From positions 326,199-390,198 of the forward strand of contig CAWHEP010000014.1 of NCBI GenBank assembly GCA_963828525.1: 64,000 nt of DNA, given 5' to 3'. Shown piece by piece: positions 1 to 9,215 of the stretch. This stretch comes from an uncultured Verrucomicrobiae bacterium (lineage in GTDB: Bacteria > Verrucomicrobiota > Verrucomicrobiia > Chthoniobacterales > Chthoniobacteraceae). The translations under genes and the position numbers were made by a program. The notes beneath the pieces are model-generated. The model was not told the origin of the DNA and ran no database searches. It worked only from the letters and a program-made list of their open reading frames with translations. Position 1 is the first letter of the stretch, and each line of letters starts with the position of its first letter.

Positions 1-437
1 ACCTCGAGGATAATCTCCTTCTTTTCTTCACCGGGTACTCCCGCTCTGCCTCGAAGATCCTCAAAGAACAGGATGACAAGAGCAAGAGCGCGGACAGTTC
101 GATGATCGAGAATCTTCACTTCGTGAAGGAACTCGCGACGCGCAGTCAATCGGCCCTGGAGGAGGGTGATCTCACCGAATTTGGGAGATTGATGGACACG
201 CATTGGCAGCGGAAAAAGGAGCGCTCCGGCGCGATGAGCAATCCGGAGATCAACGAGTGGTATGATGAAGCGATGCGGAACGGCGCCGTGGGGGGCAAGC
301 TCATCGGCGCGGGAGGCGGCGGTTTTTTGATGTTCTACGCGAGTGACAAGGCGGCGTTGCGCCACACGATGAGGGCCCGCGGCTTAAAAGAGGTGCGGTT
401 CCGTTTCGATTTCGAAGGAACAAAGGTGTTGAGCTAG
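1..437 (+). CDS. hddA: GHMP-family sugar kinase, heptose-7-phosphate kinase-like (5' end outside window)
   Basis: Frame is open from position 3 (LEDNLLLFFTGYSRSAS...). C-terminal GHMP motif GGKLIGAGGGGFLMF. Adjacent to a nucleotidyltransferase and an SIS isomerase. Confidence 0.8.
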   Translation, partial: LEDNLLLFFTGYSRSASKILKEQDDKSKSADSSMIENLHFVKELATRSQSALEEGDLTEFGRLMDTHWQRKKERSGAMSNPEINEWYDEAMRNGAVGGKLIGAGGGGFLMFYASDKAALRHTMRARGLKEVRFRFDFEGTKVLS

Positions 438-461
438 GCAGCGCAGGCCTTCCGAAGACCA

Positions 462-1217
462 ATGCAGCCCTCCTCCAGCGCGATTCCTCTCCCGCCGGTC
501 GCGATCCTCGCCGGCGGGCTGGCGACCCGTCTCCGCCCGATCACAGAGAAGATTCCCAAATCGCTGGTGGAAGTGGCAGGGCGTCCTTTCCTGGCGCACC
601 AACTGTCCCAATTAAGGGCGCAAGGAATCACCCGCGCAGTTCTATGCGTGGGATATCTCGGAGAAATGATCCGCGATCAGTTCGGCGACGGCTCAGAATG
701 CGGCGTGGCGCTGGATTATTCTTTCGACGGATCGGCGCCGCTGGGCACCGGCGGCGCGCTCCAGAAAGCGCTGCCCCTGCTGGGCCAGAGCTTTTTTGTG
801 CTCTATGGGGACTCGTATCTTCCCGTGGAATACCGGCCGGTGGCGGAGGCGTTTGCGCGTTCGGGCAAAGCGGGCTTGATGACTGTCTTCCGAAATGAGG
901 ATCAGTGGGATATGAGCAACGTGTGTTTCGAAGATGAAGACATCCGCGTTTACAGCAAGAAGAGCCGAACGCCTGAAATGCGCCATATAGATTACGGGCT
1001 CGGCATGCTGACTCCGGGAGTGTTTGATGCTTTTCCGCCGGGCGCTTACCTCGATCTTGCCGACGTCCTGTCACGGCTCGTGGGTTTGCGGCAATTGGCT
1101 GGCTTTGAAGTTTTTGAGAGATTCTATGAGATCGGCTCACCAAGCGGTCTCCATGAGATGGAAGCCCTCCTCTCCGGCAACCAGCGAACAACAAACAACC
1201 CATTAAAAATCCCATGA
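462..1217 (+). CDS. Sugar-phosphate nucleotidyltransferase (HddC-like)
   Basis: ILAGGLATRLRPITEKIPKSL NTP-transferase signature; LGTGGAL and LYGDSY motifs; operon context. Confidence 0.85.
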   Translation: MQPSSSAIPLPPVAILAGGLATRLRPITEKIPKSLVEVAGRPFLAHQLSQLRAQGITRAVLCVGYLGEMIRDQFGDGSECGVALDYSFDGSAPLGTGGALQKALPLLGQSFFVLYGDSYLPVEYRPVAEAFARSGKAGLMTVFRNEDQWDMSNVCFEDEDIRVYSKKSRTPEMRHIDYGLGMLTPGVFDAFPPGAYLDLADVLSRLVGLRQLAGFEVFERFYEIGSPSGLHEMEALLSGNQRTTNNPLKIP

Positions 1218-1810
1218 GTTTTGCGCGCGAATACCTTCAGGAAACGCTAAGAATCGTAGAGAGTCTTGATCGCGAGGCGATTGAGAAGGCGGTGGAAATC
1301 CTCGCCAATGTTCGGGCGAAGGAAGGCCGCTTGTTCATACTGGGTGTCGGGGGCAGCGCGGCGAACGCCTCCCACGCCGTAAATGATTTCCGCAAAATCT
1401 GCGGGTTTGAATGCTACGCGCCCACCGACAATGTTTCTGAACTGACGGCTCGCACCAACGATGAAGGCTGGGCGACTGTGTTCGCGGAATGGCTGCGAGG
1501 GAGCAAGCTTAACTCAAAGGACGCGTTGCTTATTCTTTCTGTGGGAGGAGGGAACATGGAGAAGAACGTGAGCCCGAATCTTGTCGCGGCGCTGAATCTG
1601 GCGAAAGAAAGAGGCGCGTCGATCCTGGGAATAGTGGGACGCGACGGCGGTTACACCGCGACCGTGGCGGACGCCTGCGTCATCATCCCTACGGTGAACC
1701 CGGAAAACGTGACTCCTCATTCGGAAGCCTTTCAGGGGATCGTCTGGCATCTTTTTGTGTCCCACCCAAAGCTCAAGGTGAACGCCACAAAGTGGGAGAG
1801 CACCAGGTAA
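1214..1810 (+). CDS. gmhA: SIS-domain phosphoheptose isomerase
   Basis: GVGGSAANASHAVND, LTARTND, LSVGGG and GRDGG motifs. ATGA overlap with the upstream gene. Confidence 0.8.
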   Translation: MSFAREYLQETLRIVESLDREAIEKAVEILANVRAKEGRLFILGVGGSAANASHAVNDFRKICGFECYAPTDNVSELTARTNDEGWATVFAEWLRGSKLNSKDALLILSVGGGNMEKNVSPNLVAALNLAKERGASILGIVGRDGGYTATVADACVIIPTVNPENVTPHSEAFQGIVWHLFVSHPKLKVNATKWESTR

Positions 1811-1835
1811 GCGAAGGGGCCGGTAGCGAATCGCG

Positions 1836-2930
1836 TCAGGCGGGCGAGAGGCTCTCGTAAATCGAAAGCAGTTCTTTCACCCGGTGCCCGCAAGTATGCC
1901 GGGCGAGGATCGTTCGAAGGCCGCGCGCTGCTTGCTCGGCAGCCATGGCAGGATCTTCCAGGAGCAACCGGATGCTTTGCTTCATCTCTTCACCATCCCG
2001 CGCTACGAGGTAATCCAGCCCGGGGGTGAACAAACCTTCTGTATCGTCCCAAGGCGCGGAGATGAGAGGAATGCCGCACGCGAGCGCCTCGAAAGGGCGG
2101 ATGGTGGGAATGCCCCTCAGCGCCTTGACATACGGACGCCTCGGCACGTGGATTGTGAAGCGATGGCGCGCGAACTCCTCCGGCGCTCGAAAGTTTGGAA
2201 GCCAGCCTCGATACCGTATGCCTGCCTTCGCGAGAGCGTCCGTCGCTTCTGGGGGATAGCGCACGCCGAAGACATCCGCGGTGAGACGCAGGCTACGCGC
2301 CGGTTCCACCAGAAACTCGTGGAGTTCCGCCGTGCGTTCCTCATCGCCCCAGTTTCCGATCCAGATCAGGTCGCCTTCCCGGGCGATGTTCGGCAAGGGA
2401 CGAAACAGGCGCGTATCCGCCGCCTCGTGCCAGATCCACGCGCTATGAACCCACCTCTGCTCGAGGTAGAGATTACGAAGAACCGCCCCGTATGCGAGCG
2501 CGCCATCGTAGCCCGACAGATCATACGCGGACATTTCCGCGCGAGCGGTGATCGCCCGGTGGTGAGTATCATGAAAGAGGAGGATGTAATTTCGAGCGCT
2601 CTTCCTGTGCCGCCCGATCCGGGCTACGAGGCCGGGGTCATTCCACTCGTGAACGAGCACGAGATCCGCCCCGTCCAATGCTTCCTCCAAATCCAGGCTT
2701 GCCGGTGTATATCTGTAACTGCGGAGCAGTGGATAGGCCTCATTAAATGCCTGGATCGCGCTTTCTCCATGCTCCTCGACCATGTTGCGAACACTCCACG
2801 CGTCCGCCGGTTCAAAGATTTCCACCTGGTGCCCCGCGGCCAGGAGTTCAGACGCGACGCCGCGCAGAAAATGCGCGTTGCCGTGATTCCAATCCGAGAT
2901 CAGGGAATGGTAGAAGAGAACGACTTTCAT
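1836..2930 (-). CDS. CgeB-like glycosyltransferase
   Basis: True start MKVVLFYHSLISDWNHGNAHFLRG at 2930, an ATGA overlap with the upstream stop. RPFEALACGIPLIS motif. Confidence 0.85.
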   Translation of the reverse strand: MKVVLFYHSLISDWNHGNAHFLRGVASELLAAGHQVEIFEPADAWSVRNMVEEHGESAIQAFNEAYPLLRSYRYTPASLDLEEALDGADLVLVHEWNDPGLVARIGRHRKSARNYILLFHDTHHRAITARAEMSAYDLSGYDGALAYGAVLRNLYLEQRWVHSAWIWHEAADTRLFRPLPNIAREGDLIWIGNWGDEERTAELHEFLVEPARSLRLTADVFGVRYPPEATDALAKAGIRYRGWLPNFRAPEEFARHRFTIHVPRRPYVKALRGIPTIRPFEALACGIPLISAPWDDTEGLFTPGLDYLVARDGEEMKQSIRLLLEDPAMAAEQAARGLRTILARHTCGHRVKELLSIYESLSPA

Positions 2931-4036
2931 CTGGCGCAAGCTGGCGCGGGTTGGCGTAGAAGGCTCGCGTAAAGCTCCGCGTAGGCATCCGCCATGCGCT
3001 CCCGGCTGAAGGATGTTGCGCGTTCCCGGGCGGCATGGCCAAGTTGGCAGCATAGCTGGCTGTCTTCGATGAGGCTGAGTAAAGACGCCCGGAGGCGGAT
3101 TGGATCGTCGGGGGGGACAAAGAGGGCCGCGCCCTGCCAAAGCTCGCGAAGGCTTGGTATGTCCCCGAGGACGAGCGCGCATCCAGCAAAAGCCGCTTCC
3201 AGGATCGAGAGGCCAAACGGTTCGTAGCGGGCAGGCAGGCAGTAGATGGCGGCGCGTTCCATCCAGCGCCTGAGTTCCGGCGCGGCAAGCTGGCCAAGGC
3301 GCTCGAGATTTGCGGGCAACGCCGCCCGGCCGGAAGCGTCGTTTGCCGCGCCGGCCACAAACACGGGCCAGGGTAGGCTCTCGCAGGCTTTCCCAAAGGC
3401 GGCTATATTCTTGGCCTCGTCTCCCAGACGACCCGCCGCGAGGATGAACGGCTCCTTTGCCTGCGGCGCAAAGCCCGCGGGATCGACCCCGTTGTGAATC
3501 ACCCGCGGGCCGGGCAAATGCCCATAGTGGAAGGCGAGGCCGTCGAGCATGGCCTGTGTCGGAGCGATGACCGCCGAGGCGGAGCGGAGGCCAGTCTGAG
3601 CGCGCCGTTGATACTCCTGCCAGCTTGCGGGAGCAGCGCGCCCTTTCACGGCAAGCCACCAGGAAAGGACACAGGAATGTCCCACGCAGACGACAGGTAC
3701 TTCCCATGGAAGAGCGGCGTGGGCATAGCCGTTTAGATGCGCGACATCCGGTCGCGTTTCCCGGCTGAGTCGCAGGAGCCACTCACCCGCGCGATCCACA
3801 TCCTCCCAAGGCTCTGGCATCCATTCCAAAGCGAAGCTGCTTTCAAAAACCCGCGCGTTGGCGACTCCTGAAGCTTCGGATTTCTGCTGTTCAGAAACAG
3901 GAGCGCCCATGGTCGCGAGAGTGATCTGGAAGTTATGGCGCGCCAGGCCGCGCGCAAGCTCCAGGGAGTAGTTCCACACCCCGCCCACTGTGTCAGTGGT
4001 CATCAGCAGTCGCGTGGGAGCGGCCTGCTCGCTCAT
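2927..4036 (-). CDS. Glycosyltransferase family 4
   Basis: LMTTDTVGGVW N-terminus; RYEPFGLSILEAAFAGC GT-B motif. Confidence 0.9.
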   Translation of the reverse strand: MSEQAAPTRLLMTTDTVGGVWNYSLELARGLARHNFQITLATMGAPVSEQQKSEASGVANARVFESSFALEWMPEPWEDVDRAGEWLLRLSRETRPDVAHLNGYAHAALPWEVPVVCVGHSCVLSWWLAVKGRAAPASWQEYQRRAQTGLRSASAVIAPTQAMLDGLAFHYGHLPGPRVIHNGVDPAGFAPQAKEPFILAAGRLGDEAKNIAAFGKACESLPWPVFVAGAANDASGRAALPANLERLGQLAAPELRRWMERAAIYCLPARYEPFGLSILEAAFAGCALVLGDIPSLRELWQGAALFVPPDDPIRLRASLLSLIEDSQLCCQLGHAARERATSFSRERMADAYAELYASLLRQPAPACAR

Positions 4037-5073
4037 GGCTCCGCCATGCCCTCGTAGATGGCGTCGAGCGCGGCGGTCACGGCAATGATCGACTCGATAC
4101 CGGGATCATAGCTCGCGGATCGCCCCAGCTTTGTGACCCAATCAACGGCGGCCCGTCCGCTCCAGTCATCAGGGGGCTGGCAAGTGCATTCGCGACGTGT
4201 GCCGGTAAACCGCTCAGCCACAAATTCCGTGAAGGAGCCGTTGAGGTTGCGCATCGAAGCCCCGCCTTCCGTTCCGTAAAAGGCAGCCTCGATCACAGCA
4301 TCGCAGCCGGCATGGAGGTTCCAGGAGCAGGTCAGATTCACAGACGCCCCGCTGCTTAGATCGATGCGCGCTGTCGCGTAGTCTTCACAAGCGGCATCGC
4401 GCGACAGGAGAGGCTTCCCCTTGCAGAAAAGGCGGCTTTCTACCCGGGTGATGGCAGAAGGAAGAATCCACATCGCGCTATCCATCAAGTGAATCCCGAG
4501 GTCCATCACGCACCCGCCGCCAGACTGCCGGGGATCGTAAAACCACGGTTTTTGCGGGCCATAAGCGTTGTGGAAAACCAGGTTCGCCGCAAAAATCTCG
4601 CCTAGCGCGCCACTGCTCACCAAGGCGCGAATGTTGCGCATGGCATCCGTAAAGCGATAGGAAAGATCCACGCCAAGCAGACGGTCTGCCGCTTTTGCCG
4701 CGTCGACAGCAGTGCGCGTCTCGGCGGTATTGCGTCCAAGTGGTTTCTGACAAAATACAGCGAGTCCATGTCCGAGCGCCTCAAGCGTCTGGCTGACGTG
4801 TTGCGCGCTGGGAGTCGCGATCACAACGCCATCGAGATTCGCCTCGACGAGTTCCGCGAGTCCACTCATCTGAACGGCGCCAGGGGCGAACGCGGCGGCT
4901 TTTTGCGCAAGGTCTTCCACTGGGTCCGCGATTGCCACGATGTCCGCGAGATTCGCGCGCGCGATGGACTGGAGTCGGTTGAGGCCGATCCAGCCGACTC
5001 CCAGGAAGCCGAGTCTCGGCTTTCGGCTCGACAACCCCGCGGCAGTTAACGCGCGGTTGGATTCATCGGCCAT
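4033..5073 (-). CDS. Gfo/Idh/MocA oxidoreductase
   Basis: GFLGVGWIG, VFCQKPL and GGGCVMDLGIHLMD motifs. Confidence 0.9.
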   Translation of the reverse strand: MADESNRALTAAGLSSRKPRLGFLGVGWIGLNRLQSIARANLADIVAIADPVEDLAQKAAAFAPGAVQMSGLAELVEANLDGVVIATPSAQHVSQTLEALGHGLAVFCQKPLGRNTAETRTAVDAAKAADRLLGVDLSYRFTDAMRNIRALVSSGALGEIFAANLVFHNAYGPQKPWFYDPRQSGGGCVMDLGIHLMDSAMWILPSAITRVESRLFCKGKPLLSRDAACEDYATARIDLSSGASVNLTCSWNLHAGCDAVIEAAFYGTEGGASMRNLNGSFTEFVAERFTGTRRECTCQPPDDWSGRAAVDWVTKLGRSASYDPGIESIIAVTAALDAIYEGMAEP

Positions 5074-6022
5074 AGGTGATCACCGCTTTCATAAATCCAT
5101 CGGGCCGGGTGCTCATCGTCCGGAAGGCGTCTCCAATTTCATTCAAAGTGAAGGAATGGGTGTAGAGCGGCGTCGGATCCAGGTTCCCCGCAAGGATGGC
5201 GTCTCGAGCCTCCCGCATCCCGCGCATGTACACCGCCGGATCGCGCTCATGCGCGTTTATGACATCCATGCCGCGCCAGTTCCACATTTGCATGTTCACC
5301 TGCCTCTGGCCGTCCTGATGGTAGCCTGCGATGACAAGCTTCCCGCGCTCTCGCGTCAACTCAGCCGCCAGATCAAGCGGCCGCTGCCTGCCAGTGGCTT
5401 CGATGACGACGTCGAAAAGCGTGTCTTTGGTAAACTCGCGCGCCGCGGCGAGGACATTCTCCTGATCGTCCATCGGTATCCACGCTTCCGCCCCGGCCGC
5501 GCGAGCAAACTCCAGGGCGTATGGCCGCCGACCGATCGCCATGATTCGCGCGCCGGACTTTGCGACAAGCCGCGTGAGAAGAGCTCCCAGAAACCCGATT
5601 CCCACGATTGCCACCGAATCACCCGGGTGAATTCCACTCCGGGACAGGATGTTCATCGCGCAGCCAAGCGGCTCTCCGGGAAAAGGCGTGTGATCCAGTT
5701 GCGGCGGCAGGCGCAGCAAAGCGTCCGCCGCTGCGGTGTCAAACTCCGCGAAAGCGTGACTCGAAATAAACGCGACGCGTTCTCCCAAGGTGCAGTCGCT
5801 CACACCAGACCCGAGCGCGTCTATGCGTCCCCAGCCTTCATGTCCCAGCTCGCCTGGCGAGAGCGGATATGCAAACCAGGGCCGGCCTTCCCAAGGTTCC
5901 AGGTTTGAGGCGCAGACGCCGCATCCCTCCAGCTGTATGCGGACTTCGGCTGGGCCAGGAACGGGTGCCGGAGCGTCCCGGATTTCAAATTGACGCGGCG
6001 CCGCGAGCACTGCCGCTTTCAT
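5063..6022 (-). CDS. MDR/zinc-binding dehydrogenase
   Basis: CGVCASN, GHEGWG and GIGFLG motifs. Confidence 0.9.
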   Translation of the reverse strand: MKAAVLAAPRQFEIRDAPAPVPGPAEVRIQLEGCGVCASNLEPWEGRPWFAYPLSPGELGHEGWGRIDALGSGVSDCTLGERVAFISSHAFAEFDTAAADALLRLPPQLDHTPFPGEPLGCAMNILSRSGIHPGDSVAIVGIGFLGALLTRLVAKSGARIMAIGRRPYALEFARAAGAEAWIPMDDQENVLAAAREFTKDTLFDVVIEATGRQRPLDLAAELTRERGKLVIAGYHQDGQRQVNMQMWNWRGMDVINAHERDPAVYMRGMREARDAILAGNLDPTPLYTHSFTLNEIGDAFRTMSTRPDGFMKAVITYGR

Positions 6023-6098
6023 TAAGCGGGTCGCTGTTGGACGAGAAAGTTAACTCCCGAGGGCATCTGATGCCGGTTGTTCGAACGACCGCGCTTTC

Positions 6099-7148
6099 TT
6101 GGACGCCTTTCCGCACGCGCGGCGGCGTTCCACCAGGCGAATCCCGTTTATGCTTAACGGCGCCAGAACCCGCGACAGTGTAGGAGGTTGCGAGCTGTCC
6201 GGGCCTGAACTGGCGGATGTGGGCGAGCGTTGGTCAGCCGCGATGCGCGCCGGTGACTTTGAAGCTGCCTGGAGGCAGACGGACCGCATTGAGCGGCCAC
6301 GGCGGAGATCGTCGCCGCGGCTCCCGCGCGAAAAGCATCAACTCCTGTGGGACGGCGCCGGCTTTCAGGGCCGGGATGTCCTGGTGCGATGTCAGCATGG
6401 TTTGGGAGATACCATCCAGTACGCCCGCTACTTCCCGTTGTTGGGCAAGCTGGCCCGGAGTGTCACCGTGCTGGCGCAGCCTCACCTGCTTGGATTGCTG
6501 CGGGGGATGGAGGGAGTGGATGTTCTGCTGGACGCATGGACCGAAAACCCGGATCCGCCAAGCGACGTCGAAATAGAATGCATGGAGTTCCCCTACGCGT
6601 TTCGACATACCCAAGAGACGATCCCGCGGAGAATTCCCTACCTGCCAACGGCAGCCCTTCACGCAAGGACGAAGGCCCACCCGGCGCCCTCGGAACTCAG
6701 GGTGGGCATTGTCTGGGCGGCGAGCGCATGGGATGAGAGCCGGTCGATTCCGCTTTCGATGCTGGAATCTATCGGCTCGGAGGACGGGTTGCGGCTTTTT
6801 TCCCTCCAGCAGGGCCCGGAGCAGGCGCAGGTCGCGGAGGTTGCTTTTCAAGTCGACACGCTGTCGTCGAGCACAACCGAGATCGCGGACGCGGCGGCTG
6901 CGATGCTGGAACTGGATTGCATTGTGAGCGTTGACACAATGGCGGCGCATCTCGCGGGCGCGCTGGGCGCTCCGGTCTGGCTGCTGCTCGCTTGCCAGGC
7001 GGATTGGCGCTGGATGTCAGGTCGCGGGGATTCGCCATGGTATCCGACCATGCGTATCCTGCGGCAGCCAACTCCCGGCGACTGGGCTTCTGTAGTAAGG
7101 GAACTTCGCTCCGAACTGATCGGGCGCCGGAATCGCGAAATCCCCTAG
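6099..7148 (+). CDS. GT9-like (ADP-heptose transferase-related) protein; start uncertain
   Basis: HGLGDTIQYARY, SVDTMAAHLAGALG and DWRWM..RGDSPWYPTMR motifs, typical of the C-terminal part of TPR-GT9 proteins. Confidence 0.75.
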   Translation: MDAFPHARRRSTRRIPFMLNGARTRDSVGGCELSGPELADVGERWSAAMRAGDFEAAWRQTDRIERPRRRSSPRLPREKHQLLWDGAGFQGRDVLVRCQHGLGDTIQYARYFPLLGKLARSVTVLAQPHLLGLLRGMEGVDVLLDAWTENPDPPSDVEIECMEFPYAFRHTQETIPRRIPYLPTAALHARTKAHPAPSELRVGIVWAASAWDESRSIPLSMLESIGSEDGLRLFSLQQGPEQAQVAEVAFQVDTLSSSTTEIADAAAAMLELDCIVSVDTMAAHLAGALGAPVWLLLACQADWRWMSGRGDSPWYPTMRILRQPTPGDWASVVRELRSELIGRRNREIP

Positions 7149-7207
7149 GCGACAATAAGGTCTAAGTGGAAGTCCACCCCACCAGAGCGGTTCGAAGCAC
7201 AATTACC

Positions 7208-7606
7208 ATGAACAAAAATATATCCAAATTAATCGTAGTGATGGCGAGCGGGTGCATGACACTCAGCGCCATGGGGCAAAGCGGCGTCAGCTCGACCGGG
7301 TCAGGGACGGGCGCGACGGGAAGCACCACGTCTGCGACCGGCAGCACTAGCGGCGGCGGGATCACCGGGTTAAACGGGACCACTGGCACCACTGGCACCA
7401 CTGGCACTGGGACAACCGGCGGGACGACATCCTCGACGGCAGGCACGGGGATGACCGGCACGACGAGCACCGGGGTGACGGGAACAACTGGAACAACCGG
7501 GACGACCAGCTCCACCGGGACGGGTGTGACGGGATCAACCGGCGTTGGGGGAAGCACGGGAACCACCTCCTCCGGGGTCACAAATGGCGGAGTGACAGGC
7601 AGGTAG
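7208..7606 (+). CDS. Secreted Thr/Gly/Ser-rich low-complexity protein
   Basis: Signal-peptide-like [23 protein letters not shown], then ~110 aa of mostly T/G/S. Synonymous codons vary across the repeats. Confidence 0.7.
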   Translation: MNKNISKLIVVMASGCMTLSAMGQSGVSSTGSGTGATGSTTSATGSTSGGGITGLNGTTGTTGTTGTGTTGGTTSSTAGTGMTGTTSTGVTGTTGTTGTTSSTGTGVTGSTGVGGSTGTTSSGVTNGGVTGR

Positions 7607-7637
7607 TCTTGGCGGAAAAAGACCCGAGCTTGAACGC

Positions 7638-9215
7638 GTGAGCAGCGGGGGCTCCGTGGTCACCGCGCATGGGCCGACAGCACTCGCATCGAGTGCTGCC
7701 GGCTCCTCGGTTGTACAGGCAGGGGCAGAGATTCGGCAAACGCTGCTTGGGGGCTGGTTCGAGTTTTTCGAGATCGACATTAGGGCGCTCGTTGCGCTCC
7801 GGATGGCGCTTGGGTCATTGTTGCTCTGGGATCTCGCCGACCGCGCGACCGATCTGCGCGCTCATTACACAGACTTCGGTGTTCTTCCGCGGTCCGTGCT
7901 GCTCGAGAAATTCCTGACGGCACCGTGGTGCGTCTGCGTTCACCTTGCGGGCGGGGGCGTGGCGATCCAGTTCGCTTTGTTTGTCATCGCGGCGGCTGCG
8001 GCGGCGTGCCTGCTTGTGGGTTACCGCGCAAGAGCAGCGACGGCTCTCTCGTGGTTTCTGTTGATGTCCTTGCACTCACGCAACCCTCTCGTCCTGCAGG
8101 GGGGCGATACGCTCCTGAGGATGATGCTCTTCTGGGGTATGTTCCTTCCGTTGGGGCGAGTCTGTTCTCTCGATCACCCAGAGACGTCCCCGCCAGGCGG
8201 GCGACGCGGAGTGAATTCCGTCGCCGGTGCCGCTCTTTTATTGCAGATCGCGTTTGTCTATTGGTTCTCCGCCGCGCTGAAGAGCGACCCAATCTGGACC
8301 ACCCAATATAGCGCGATCTACTATGCTTTGAGCTTGGATCATTTTGTGACGCGCTTTGGGAAGCTGTTGCTGCCTTACCCCTCCCTGCTTCATGTTTTGA
8401 CCTTTGGCGCGCTATGGTGGGAACGCCTTGGCCCTGTGCTGGCATTTGCTCCCGTTCGAAGGCTCGCGTGGTTGCGCGTGTTTGCGGTTACCGGTTTCTG
8501 GGCTTTCCACGCGGGAATGGCTCTCTGCCTTAATCTCGGTCTCTTCCCATGGATCTGTTGCGTGGCCTGGATGGTTTTTCTTCCACCCGCTGTGTGGGAC
8601 CGCCTGCTACCTGCCGTCTCGCCCGCGCTGGAGTGGGCGCGTTCCCGTGTTGACTCGATGTACTCCAGGTCCCGAAGAGCGGTTGTCTCGACGGACGCGC
8701 GCGACTCCGTGCCTTGCCAGATTCTGGCGGCCATTTTTTTGGTCTATGTGCTGCTTTGGAATATTCGCACGGTGGCTCCCGCGCCGTTGGCCACGGTTTT
8801 CCCGGAGGAGGCCAACTGGCTGGGGCAACTCACGAGGGTGGATCAGCTCTGGGATATGTTCGCTCCTTCGCCACTGCGAGAGGGAGGCTGGTTCGTTATG
8901 CCCGCTCAACTCCGAAACGGAAAGGAAGTGGACATCTTCAGGCGCGGCGCGGCGGTCACGTGGAGCAAACCCTCGCACGTGGCTGACGACTACAAGAACG
9001 ACAGGTGGAGAAAGTATCTCGTGGTGCTCGCGGAGGCCGCGAATACAGACGTACGGCTGCCATACGCCCGCTATCTTGCGGAGACATGGAATCGCGGGCG
9101 CGCCCCCCGCGAGCAGGTGAAAACGATGCAGATGTATCTGATGATGGAGGTTACGCTTCCCGGCAACGCGAGGAGCGCTCCGAAGCCCATCCTTTTGTTT
9201 TCCTACAAGGCTTGA
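7638..9215 (+). CDS. HTTM-domain membrane protein
   Basis: IDIRALVALR, HYTDFGVLPR, SRNPLVLQGGD and DQLWDMFAP motifs; multiple TM segments. Confidence 0.8.
   Translation: MSSGGSVVTAHGPTALASSAAGSSVVQAGAEIRQTLLGGWFEFFEIDIRALVALRMALGSLLLWDLADRATDLRAHYTDFGVLPRSVLLEKFLTAPWCVCVHLAGGGVAIQFALFVIAAAAAACLLVGYRARAATALSWFLLMSLHSRNPLVLQGGDTLLRMMLFWGMFLPLGRVCSLDHPETSPPGGRRGVNSVAGAALLLQIAFVYWFSAALKSDPIWTTQYSAIYYALSLDHFVTRFGKLLLPYPSLLHVLTFGALWWERLGPVLAFAPVRRLAWLRVFAVTGFWAFHAGMALCLNLGLFPWICCVAWMVFLPPAVWDRLLPAVSPALEWARSRVDSMYSRSRRAVVSTDARDSVPCQILAAIFLVYVLLWNIRTVAPAPLATVFPEEANWLGQLTRVDQLWDMFAPSPLREGGWFVMPAQLRNGKEVDIFRRGAAVTWSKPSHVADDYKNDRWRKYLVVLAEAANTDVRLPYARYLAETWNRGRAPREQVKTMQMYLMMEVTLPGNARSAPKPILLFSYKA

Noticed and set aside
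2931..3782. N-terminal extension of the 648-aa ORF 1836-3782
   Set aside because: It overlaps the GT4 gene in another frame. The real start is the ATGA-coupled ATG at 2930.
9005..9214. N-terminal extension of the APC permease
   Set aside because: It overlaps the HTTM gene. The TGATG-coupled start at 9215 fits better.
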